A model generated the notes under the pieces. It was not told the origin of the DNA. It made no database searches and was given only the letters and a program-made list of their open reading frames with translations. 64,000 nucleotides of DNA from Candidatus Aminicenantes bacterium (GTDB lineage: Bacteria > Acidobacteriota > Aminicenantia > Aminicenantales > JAFGBC01). The stretch is taken from the NCBI GenBank assembly GCA_963702005.1, contig OY969696.1, positions 608,001 through 672,000 of the forward strand. The letters are read 5' to 3'. Shown here piece by piece: positions 38,189 through 46,212 of this stretch (within the stretch, counting starts at the first letter, position 1; each line of letters begins with the position of its first letter). Position numbers and translations under genes: made by a program.

Positions 38189-38944
38189 CTAACAGGACTT
38201 GAGATCGCGGACGACCTGGGCGGCCGCGCGCGAAAAGAGCGTGATGTCGGTCGCGACGCAGACCAAGTTGAATCCGGCGCGCAAGGCGCTCTCGGCGGAG
38301 GCCGTGTCCCCGGCGAAGATTCCGGCCGGGACTCCCTGCTCGCCGCAGGCTTTTCTGACCTTGGCGATCGCTTCCTGGACTTCGGGGTCGGCGACTTGGC
38401 CCGGCTTCTTGAGGCTGGCCGAGAGGTCGTAGGGCCCGACGAGGACGGCGTCGATGCCGGCGACGGCGATAATGTCCCCGATATTGCGGACGGCATCGAT
38501 GTGCTCGACCTGGGCGATGAAGGAGGTATTTCTGTTCGCCTCGACCAGGTACTCTTCGATCTTCATCCCGAACCGCGAGGCCCGGGCGATGCTGATGCTG
38601 CGTTCGCCCTCGGGCGGGAACAGGCTCAGCCGGACGGCCCTCTCCGCCTCGGCGCGGGTATTGATGTGGGGAAAGATGAGTCCGGCGACGCCGGCGTCGA
38701 GGGCCTTCTTGATCCAGGTTTCTTCGTTGGCCGGAACCCGGACGACGCAGGGGCAGCGGTCGCCCACGGCCTGGGCGATTCGCTGGACGGCCAGCGAGTC
38801 GAGGAGGCCGTGCTCCATGTCCAGGAACAGCCAGTCGAACCCCGCGTCCGCGGCGATCTCGGCCAGCTCGGGTGCCGCCAGCGTCAGGAGCGTTCCGACG
38901 AGCCTTTCGCGGTCCAGGAGCTGCTGCTTGAAAAGAATGTGCAT
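38189..38944 (-). CDS. HpcH/HpaI aldolase family protein
   Basis: GFDWLFLDMEHG, VRVP, ALDAG, QVEH, VGPYDLSAS; ATG at 38944 inferred. Confidence 0.9.
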   Translation of the reverse strand: MHILFKQQLLDRERLVGTLLTLAAPELAEIAADAGFDWLFLDMEHGLLDSLAVQRIAQAVGDRCPCVVRVPANEETWIKKALDAGVAGLIFPHINTRAEAERAVRLSLFPPEGERSISIARASRFGMKIEEYLVEANRNTSFIAQVEHIDAVRNIGDIIAVAGIDAVLVGPYDLSASLKKPGQVADPEVQEAIAKVRKACGEQGVPAGIFAGDTASAESALRAGFNLVCVATDITLFSRAAAQVVRDLKSC

Positions 38945-39273
38945 GCCGCCACCTCGCCGCTTCTTTATACCAAGACCCGCCGTAAAAGTAAAACGCTTAA
39001 GGGCTCGGGGCAGGCTTAGCCGATGGGGTTCGAAGGACGCGACGGCTCGGACCAGGCCATTCGAGGGCACGCGGCGATTTCCCCAGCGAGGAAATCTTGC
39101 TCGCTTCGAGCCTCCGCTCCCGCCTTCGCTTCGTTTGGCGGACCATGCCCGCTCCGGCTCTCAGACGACCCTCTTCATGGCCTGGTTCCGAGCCCTCCTC
39201 TGGAAATCATATAATTGGAAATGGCAAGTCCGGCTGTGGTATATAGGAATTCATGCCTAACGGAGGTGATGCC

Positions 39274-40599
39274 ATGAGAAGAAAATTCGCGCTTGTGCTC
39301 TTGCTGACGGCCGCCTTAGCCCTCTCGCTGTCGGCGGCCTTCAAAAAAGAAGACGTCCAGGTCCACAATCTCGGCAACGGCCTCAAGATCCTCTTGGTCG
39401 AGGACCACAACGTCCCCAATATCGCGCTCTACACCTTCTTTCGGGTCGGCTCCCGGAACGAGCGTCCCGGGCTGACCGGCGTCTCCCATTTCATCGAGCA
39501 CATGATGTTTAACGGCACCCCCAAGGTCGGGCCGGGCGAGTTCGACCGCCGCATGGAGTTCCGGGGCGGCTCGAACAACGCCTATACTGCCGACGATATG
39601 ACGGCGTATACGGACTGGTTCCCGGCCGCCGCCCTGGAAGCGATGATCGAGATGGAGGCGGACCGGATCCAGGGCCTGGCCTTCGCGCCCGACGTCCTCG
39701 AATCCGAGCGCGGCGTCGTCGCCTCCGAGCGCCGGATGGGCGTCGAGAACAACAACGACGCGATCCTGGGCGAGAACGTCCGGGCCACGGCCATCATGGC
39801 CCATCCCTACCATTGGGACGTCATCGGCTGGATGAGCGACATCCTGAGCTGGCGGCGCGACGAGATCATGGCCTACTACCGGACCTTCTACGCGCCGAAC
39901 AACGCCATCTTGATCGCCGTGGGCGATTTCGATCCGGTCCGTGCCCTCGCCCTCATCAAGAAATACTACGAGCCGATCCCGGCTTCGCCGCCGCCCCCTC
40001 CCGTCAGCACGGTCGAGCCGCCGCAGCAGGGTCTCAAGACCGTCGTCATCCGCAAGGAAGCCCAGACCCCTTCGTTCCAGGCCGTCTGGCACGCGCCGAG
40101 CGCCAAGGACCCCGATTTTCTCCCGCTGGCGATCCTGGCCAAGCCTCTCCTGGAGGGAAAGAGCAGCCGGCTCTATCGGCGTCTCGTCCGCGAAGAGCAG
40201 CTCGCCATCAACGTTAACGGAGGCATCGGGGAGACGATCGATCCCCTTCTGTTCATGATCGACGTCAAGCCCCGCCCCGGCGCCGACCTCGATAGAATCA
40301 ACGGTGTCATCGAGGAGGAGCTGGCCAAGGTCAAGACGGAGGGGATCACCAAGGCGGAATACGACAAGGCCCTGAACATCATCCGGAACGACTTCTACAT
40401 GGGGCTTCAAACGATCGCCGGCAAGGCCAACCAGCTCGGCACGGCCGAGGTCTTCTACGGCGATTTCGGCAAGCTCTTCACCGTCATGGATGACTACGCG
40501 GCCGTCAAGATCGAGAGGATCAAGGAGGTGGCCCTGAAGTATTTCAGCGAGAACAACAAAACGATCGGGAAGCTCATTCCCGAGGGAGGTGCCAAGTGA
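39274..40599 (+). CDS. M16B zinc peptidase, catalytic subunit
   Basis: HFIEH inverted zinc motif, NAYT, ERGVVASER, YAPNNA. Confidence 0.93.
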   Translation: MRRKFALVLLLTAALALSLSAAFKKEDVQVHNLGNGLKILLVEDHNVPNIALYTFFRVGSRNERPGLTGVSHFIEHMMFNGTPKVGPGEFDRRMEFRGGSNNAYTADDMTAYTDWFPAAALEAMIEMEADRIQGLAFAPDVLESERGVVASERRMGVENNNDAILGENVRATAIMAHPYHWDVIGWMSDILSWRRDEIMAYYRTFYAPNNAILIAVGDFDPVRALALIKKYYEPIPASPPPPPVSTVEPPQQGLKTVVIRKEAQTPSFQAVWHAPSAKDPDFLPLAILAKPLLEGKSSRLYRRLVREEQLAINVNGGIGETIDPLLFMIDVKPRPGADLDRINGVIEEELAKVKTEGITKAEYDKALNIIRNDFYMGLQTIAGKANQLGTAEVFYGDFGKLFTVMDDYAAVKIERIKEVALKYFSENNKTIGKLIPEGGAK

Positions 40600-41996
40600 G
40601 AACGCTCCGGCCGAGAACGCTCGCGGCTGTCCTGATCGTCGCGCTGGTCGTTCCTTCCCTCCTGGCCGCGGCCGAGAAGCTGCCGTCGCCGGAAAAAATC
40701 GTCCTCAAAAACGGGCTTACGGTCTACTATCTCAAGAATGCCGACCTCCCCGTCGTCAGCTTCCGGATGTTTATCGTGGGCGCCGGGTCGGCCTATGAAC
40801 CGGCCGCGCTCGAGGGCGGCGCCGGCCTCACGGCCGCCATGATGATGAAGGGCGCGGCGGACATGGACGCCGACGCGGTCGCCGAGGCCGTCGAATTCAT
40901 GGGCGCGAGCCTCGATATCAGCGCGGCCGAGGAATACGCGCAGGTCAGCGGCGACAGCCTGGCCGAGCATTTCCCGCGGCTCATCGGGATCGCCGCCGAC
41001 TGCCTGACGCGGCCGGCCTTCAAGGAGGGCGAATTCGCCAAGGAGCGGTCCAACCGGATCGACCGTCTCAAAGCGGCCAAGGACAATCCCGGGCAGGCCG
41101 TCCGCCTCTATTTCCAGAAGGCCTACTTCGGGTCCCACCCGATGGGCCGGCTCGCCTTGGGGACCGAAACGTCCCTCAAGGCGATGTCCGTCCAGGCCGT
41201 GAAGGACTTCTACGCCGCGCATATCCGTCCCGATCGCGCGGTCGCGGCGGTTGTCGGCGACATCGAAAAAGCCAAGCTCGCGGAGCTTCTGGAATCGACG
41301 CTCGGCCGCTGGACGAACCCGGCCGGGGCGGCTTCGTCCCTCGCCGTTCCCGCCCTCCCCAAGCCGAAGGGCGTCAAGCTCCTGCTCGTCGACAAGCCCG
41401 ACGCCACCCAAGCCTATTTCGCGCTCGGCGCGCCGGGCTATCCGATGGGCGACGCCATAACGCCCCGGGCCGCGGTCATGAACACCCTGTGGGGAGGCCG
41501 GTTCACGTCCTGGCTCAACACCGAGCTGCGGATCAAGCGCGGCCTGACCTACGGCGCCTCGAGTTCTTTCCGGACCTGGCGGGCGGGAGGACTGTTCACG
41601 GCGACGTCCTACACGAAGAACGATAAGATCGGCGAAATGCTCGATATCACCTTCGACCTGCTCAAAAAGGGAGCGGCACAGGGGTTCGGCCCCGAGGAAA
41701 TCGAGAGCAGCCGGAACTACATCCAAGGGCAGTTTCCGCCGACCCTGGAGACCAACGCCAGCAAGGCGACCGCCTACGTCCGTCTTGCTTTTTACGGACT
41801 CGGTTTCGATTACTACGATAAATATATCGAAGAGATCGGCAAGGTCTCGGCCGATGGGGCGAAGGCCGCGGCGGCCCGCCTCCTGCCGCGGTCGGATTAC
41901 GTGCTCGTGGTGGTGGGCAAGGCGGACGACATCAGGCCCCTTTTGAAGAAATTCGGAACCTGGCAGGAGAAGAAGATCACCGATCTGGACTTTTAA
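40596..41996 (+). CDS. M16B peptidase, non-catalytic subunit
   Basis: M16-type sequence without HxxEH; GG.FTSWLNTELRIKRGLTYGA. Confidence 0.88.
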   Translation: MRTLRPRTLAAVLIVALVVPSLLAAAEKLPSPEKIVLKNGLTVYYLKNADLPVVSFRMFIVGAGSAYEPAALEGGAGLTAAMMMKGAADMDADAVAEAVEFMGASLDISAAEEYAQVSGDSLAEHFPRLIGIAADCLTRPAFKEGEFAKERSNRIDRLKAAKDNPGQAVRLYFQKAYFGSHPMGRLALGTETSLKAMSVQAVKDFYAAHIRPDRAVAAVVGDIEKAKLAELLESTLGRWTNPAGAASSLAVPALPKPKGVKLLLVDKPDATQAYFALGAPGYPMGDAITPRAAVMNTLWGGRFTSWLNTELRIKRGLTYGASSSFRTWRAGGLFTATSYTKNDKIGEMLDITFDLLKKGAAQGFGPEEIESSRNYIQGQFPPTLETNASKATAYVRLAFYGLGFDYYDKYIEEIGKVSADGAKAAAARLLPRSDYVLVVVGKADDIRPLLKKFGTWQEKKITDLDF

Positions 41997-42001
41997 ATAT
42001 T

Positions 42002-42054
42002 CGGGGTCAAACCTACACTTTGTCACAAAGTGCAATAGTGTAGGTTTGACCCCG
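42002..42054. repeat. REP-like palindrome or terminator (18-bp arms, GGGGTC ends)
   Basis: cggggtcaaacctacact ... agtgtaggtttgaccccg. Confidence 0.8.
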
Positions 42055-42116
42055 TTTTGCGCTGTGATAGAATCAGGCCTGAATCGCGTCTGCGCGTTGA
42101 ATTGGGGAGGTCTAGA

Positions 42117-43238
42117 ATGAAAAACTCGATGTTCGGTATCGCAATCCTGGGCTTCGTTTTTATCGCGGCATTCTTCGGCCCGGCCGCGGCCCAGAAAATC
42201 GAGACGGTCAACGGCGTGACGGTCGTCTCGAACGGGATAAATCCGACGCCGCCCAAAGGACAATCGGCGGCGCTCAAGCTCGTCGAAGAGCAAACCTTCG
42301 GCCTCGGCCAGAATCCGGATGAATCCTTCTCCGAGGCGGACAATTTCGCGGTGGACGCCGCCGGGACGGTTTTCGGCCTGGACGGCAAGGACCACGGGAT
42401 CAAAGTCTTCGACCGCTCGGGAAAATTCCTGCGCCGGATCAGCCGGCTCGGGCAGGGGCCCGGCGAGCTTCAATGGCCGGGCAATATCCTGCTCACGGAC
42501 GACGACAAGTTGTTGATCAACGACCCCATCTACGGAAGGCTTTCGATCTTCAAGACCACGGGCGAGCACGTCGAGGATGTCCCGACCATCGGAAAACTGC
42601 GCTTCAACATCAGGTCGCTGGACGCCCGGGGGAACGTTTTGGGGACGGAAAATCGTGTCCTTCCCGACGATAAAACCATCCGTTACGAAATTAAAAAGTA
42701 CGACTCCCGCCTCAAGCCCTTGTTCGCGATCGACGAGATCGAGTTCGACACGCCCAAAATCAACCTCTTGGCGCTTGGGGTCAGCTGCCGGTTCGGCCGG
42801 TCCGGCAATATCTTCTACGGCCGCAACAGCGCTTATGAAATCAAGGTCCTCACTCCCGAGGGCAGGCATTTCAAGACGATCCGCAAGGATTATCGCCCGG
42901 AAAAACTCACCCCGCAGGATATCAACGAGATGCTGGAGAAGATGTCGGGCGGCCCCGGCGGGAAACCGGACAAAGACCAGTTCAGTTTCCCCGAGACCTA
43001 TCCTCCCCTTCAAGATTTCATCCTCGACGACCAGGACCGGCTCTACGTCCGCACCTACGCCAAGGGGGAGGCCAAGGGCGAGTGGGTGGTGGATGTCTTC
43101 GATCCCGAGGGTCGGTTCGTCGCGCAATTCGTTACTAAGGCGGAGCTCAAGTTCGTCAGGGACGGAAAAGCCTACGGGATCGAGGAAACGGACGACGGCT
43201 TCACCGTCATCAAGAGATACGCCCTCGTCTCAAAATAG
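42117..43238 (+). CDS. Secreted 6-bladed beta-propeller (NHL-like) protein
   Basis: Signal peptide; IKVFDRSGKFL, GQGPGEL, DVFDPEGRF repeats. Confidence 0.8.
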   Translation: MKNSMFGIAILGFVFIAAFFGPAAAQKIETVNGVTVVSNGINPTPPKGQSAALKLVEEQTFGLGQNPDESFSEADNFAVDAAGTVFGLDGKDHGIKVFDRSGKFLRRISRLGQGPGELQWPGNILLTDDDKLLINDPIYGRLSIFKTTGEHVEDVPTIGKLRFNIRSLDARGNVLGTENRVLPDDKTIRYEIKKYDSRLKPLFAIDEIEFDTPKINLLALGVSCRFGRSGNIFYGRNSAYEIKVLTPEGRHFKTIRKDYRPEKLTPQDINEMLEKMSGGPGGKPDKDQFSFPETYPPLQDFILDDQDRLYVRTYAKGEAKGEWVVDVFDPEGRFVAQFVTKAELKFVRDGKAYGIEETDDGFTVIKRYALVSK

Positions 43239-43262
43239 ACGACATCGGCCCCGAGTCTCCGG

Positions 43263-44576
43263 TCAAGTCCGCGGCAGTTTAAGGTTCAGCCACCGCTCTA
43301 ACGTCGCGTAGCACAACTCCCGCTGCTCGGGCGTGAAGTCGCGGATGCCCGCTCCGTGGTGGCCGCCCTTGACGACGATCTTGACCGCGTTCGTCCGCCC
43401 TATCAAAGGCACCGAGGTCGCGGCCCAGGTGTCGAGCTCGCCGTAGATATAGAGGACGTTCGCCGCCTCGTACTGCAGGAAGCGATAGACGAAATCCATC
43501 GTGGCGGGATTGAAAACGATTTCGACGCCCTTGGGGCAGAGGACGCGGTTGGTCGGGTTTTTCAGGGTTTTCATGACGTCCTTGAAATCGGCGATGTCGT
43601 AGTTGTAATAGCCGATTTCCGTGAACGCCTGGTACATAAAAGGCTCGAAAGCCTGTTGTCCCAGATCCGTGTAGTAGAAAAACGTATTGGCCTTTTTATA
43701 GTGCTCGAACAGCGTCGCGGCCGGCGCGTCGGGCGGAGGGATCTCGGAAGATTTAAGGGAACCTGTCTGCCAGAAGCCGAAGGAGTATTCGAGGATTCCG
43801 TATTCGTAGGCCTCCGATAATCCCAGGCCGATCGTCCACTTCATTTTTTCTGCCCATTCCTTGACCAGGGGCAGCAACTCGTCTTCCCGCTTGAACAGGG
43901 CCCTCTGGTAATCCCTGATGCGCGCCCGGGTCGCCTCGTCGCCCGCCGTCTCGAGAAACCGATAAAGCCGCGGGTCCTCCTGGGCGATATTGATGGGGGC
44001 GGAGTTAGGGACGGTCGCGTCGACGTCGTCGGGGTAGAAACACTTATAGAACAGGGCCGTCTGCCCGCCTTTGCTGACGCCCGTGCTGACCCATTTTCCG
44101 GAATACAGAGTCTTCAAGGCCGAGACGATCGCGTGGAGATCGTCGGCGGACTGCTTGACGGTCAGGAAGGCCCACTTTTTTTCGGGAGGGACGGACTTCC
44201 CGAAAAACCGGTGCTCGACGTTGATCTGGTTGGCGCCGAGGAGGCGGGTTAGCTCCCCGGCCCTGTTTCCGTAGGCCGCGTAGCCCTCCGTCACGAGGAC
44301 GACGGGCTTGTCGTAGCCGGCGTGGGAGACGAACAAGCGCTGACGGAATTTATCGGCCCCCGGATTTTGATGATCAAGCGGCTGCTCGACCATGACTTCA
44401 TAGGCTTCCTTGAACTGCTTGCCGTCGAAACGCGCCTCCTGGGCCTCGACGACTCCGGGGAGAGATCGGATTTTTCGCAGGAGCTCCGAATCCGGCTTGA
44501 CGTCCTGGGAGCGAGCCGGGACGAGGAGCAGAAGAATGCCGACGAGGACGGGAACGATGGATCTGATAACGCGCAT
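43263..44576 (-). CDS. S28/S37 family serine peptidase (tripeptidyl aminopeptidase-like)
   Basis: QPLDH, F.QR, TEGY, VEHRFFGKS, GVSKGG, YGELDTW, C-terminal His. Confidence 0.85.
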   Translation of the reverse strand: MRVIRSIVPVLVGILLLLVPARSQDVKPDSELLRKIRSLPGVVEAQEARFDGKQFKEAYEVMVEQPLDHQNPGADKFRQRLFVSHAGYDKPVVLVTEGYAAYGNRAGELTRLLGANQINVEHRFFGKSVPPEKKWAFLTVKQSADDLHAIVSALKTLYSGKWVSTGVSKGGQTALFYKCFYPDDVDATVPNSAPINIAQEDPRLYRFLETAGDEATRARIRDYQRALFKREDELLPLVKEWAEKMKWTIGLGLSEAYEYGILEYSFGFWQTGSLKSSEIPPPDAPAATLFEHYKKANTFFYYTDLGQQAFEPFMYQAFTEIGYYNYDIADFKDVMKTLKNPTNRVLCPKGVEIVFNPATMDFVYRFLQYEAANVLYIYGELDTWAATSVPLIGRTNAVKIVVKGGHHGAGIRDFTPEQRELCYATLERWLNLKLPRT

Positions 44577-44645
44577 AATGCACCTCTCATGCCTGGAGCG
44601 AATCGAGCCGACAATGAAAGAAAATAGCGCCTTCTCGGGAGCCGT

Positions 44646-44958
44646 GTCAACCCTTCGACACCCATACTAAGCCGTTTTCGGCTTAGTATGAGTGCTGCAA
44701 GACTGCTCCCCGGCCGAAGCTCCAGGGACTACTGCTCATTGGAGCGCCAGTACTCATGAACCGTTTCCGGTTCGTGAGTACATGAATGCCGGCACTCATA
44801 CTAAGCCTGAAACGTCTTAGTGTGAGTACTGCAAGGCTGGGCTTGTTCGGGATTAACCCTGAGCCGCGCTTCTCGTCCCCGCCTTTCAGGGCGGCACACA
44901 CGAACCGTTCCCGGTTCGTGAGTACTGCAAGGCTGGGTAGCGTCGGCGAACGGGTCAA
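44646..44958 (-). repeat. Expanded mosaic copy of the palindromic mini-element with several nested hairpin modules
   Basis: Reverse complement of the TTGACCCGTTCGCCGACG...GTCGAAGGGTTGAC frame, with inserted CAGCCTTGCAGTACTCA and ACTCATACTAAG modules. Confidence 0.85.
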
Positions 44959-45044
44959 ATTCCTTTCCCCCGATATTGGCATCTTCGTCATAATGAGTCA
45001 ATATATGAATAATAATGATGTATTGAGTGAATCAAGAGAGCGAC

Positions 45045-45305
45045 ATGAAATCGATCAGCGTTCACGGCATCGACCGAGAAACGGAAAAAGCGATCAGGGA
45101 GCGAGCTAAAGCCCGGGGCACGAGCGTCAATAAAGCCGTGAAGGAATTGATCGCGGCGTCCCTCGGCATCGGCGACCGGAGAAAGGACAAGGACAACCGG
45201 GACGAGTTCGCCGACCTTTGCGGCGTATGGACGGTCGAGGAGGCGGAACTCTTCCTCGGGGGCATCGCCGACCTCGAAACCGCCGATCCGAAGGACTGGC
45301 GGTGA
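45045..45305 (+). CDS. Ribbon-helix-helix antitoxin (FitA/VapB-like)
   Basis: MKSISVHGID...IRERAKARGTSVNK; acidic C-terminus; GTGA overlap with the PIN gene. Confidence 0.8.
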   Translation: MKSISVHGIDRETEKAIRERAKARGTSVNKAVKELIAASLGIGDRRKDKDNRDEFADLCGVWTVEEAELFLGGIADLETADPKDWR

Positions 45306-45712
45306 AGAAAGTCCTTCTCGACACGAGCGCCTATGCCCGTTTTCTCGCGGGCGACCAGAAGGTCCTGGACCGGCTCGCCAAGGCCGATCGCGTCTATATG
45401 TCGGTCTTTGTCCTGGGCGAGCTATTGGCCGGATTCCGCGCCGGCGCCAAGGAGCGGCATAACCGGCGGATCCTCGAGCGTTTCCTTTCGAAGCCCAGCG
45501 TCTCCGTGCTCGAGGCGACGACGGAAACAGCCGAATATTTCGGGATGATCAAGGCCGTCCTCCGCCATGCCGGCCGGCCGCTTCCCATCAACGCTGTTTG
45601 GATCGCGGCCCACGCGCTTGATGCCGGAGCCGTCCTCGTGACCTACGATTCCCACTTCCGCGCCGTCCCGGGTCTCCGGATTTGGGAAGAGTTCGGCGAG
45701 CCCGCGCCCTAG
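45302..45712 (+). CDS. vapC: VapC PIN-domain toxin
   Basis: VLLDTSAY, VLGELLAGF, PLPINAVWIAA, LVTYDSHF. Confidence 0.88.
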   Translation: MKKVLLDTSAYARFLAGDQKVLDRLAKADRVYMSVFVLGELLAGFRAGAKERHNRRILERFLSKPSVSVLEATTETAEYFGMIKAVLRHAGRPLPINAVWIAAHALDAGAVLVTYDSHFRAVPGLRIWEEFGEPAP

Positions 45713-46155
45713 CGCCGAGCGGAAGAAGCCCGGCGGCCGGGTCGCGGCTTGGATGATTTGGACGCCCTGCGCGCCTCGTTCTCCGTGATCCGCGCTTTGA
45801 CGATCTTCGTCACGAGCGCCGCGGGAAGGGGCCGGTCGGCCGGGAATCGGATCGTGCCCTTCGACGTGTCATAGGGCTTGAGCTCTTTCCTGTGCGCGTT
45901 CATGACGGACACGCTCATGGGGAAGAAACTGCAATGGTTCTTGAAGGCGGCGAAACCCACGAGCAACCCCCCCAGCTTGAAGGACGGCATCCCCCAGCTG
46001 ATACCCTCGGTGGCTTTGGGCGCGGCGGCCCGGATCTGTTTTCGGAGCCGCTCGAGCGCGGCCCGCATGTCCGCCGGCAGCGCCGCGAGGTATCCGTCCA
46101 TGTCCTTGGCGGGACCGCTTCTCGTCGCGCTTTGTTTCGACGTCGTTTGCTTCAT
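45709..46155 (-). CDS. DUF1801 (YdhG-like) protein
   Basis: DGYLAALP, AAP.A.E.ISWGMP, FAAFKNHCSF, SKGTIRF. Confidence 0.85.
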   Translation of the reverse strand: MKQTTSKQSATRSGPAKDMDGYLAALPADMRAALERLRKQIRAAAPKATEGISWGMPSFKLGGLLVGFAAFKNHCSFFPMSVSVMNAHRKELKPYDTSKGTIRFPADRPLPAALVTKIVKARITENEARRASKSSKPRPGRRASSARR

Positions 46156-46212
46156 CGTTTCCTCATTCCGAAACGAGGATAATCGCGTGCGCACGCCGCG
46201 TCAAGAGTGCTT

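Noticed and set aside
40494-43127. 877-aa minus-strand ORF and similar long antisense ORFs (3469-5283, 9117-10799, 23050-25005, 25894-27615, 28866-30524)
   Set aside because: They mirror well-supported genes on the opposite strand and are explained by high-GC codon bias
44646-44958. CRISPR array or small ORFs (44683-44991, 44786-45109)
   Set aside because: Irregular nested hairpin modules of a dispersed repeat; the ORFs are translations of repeat DNA
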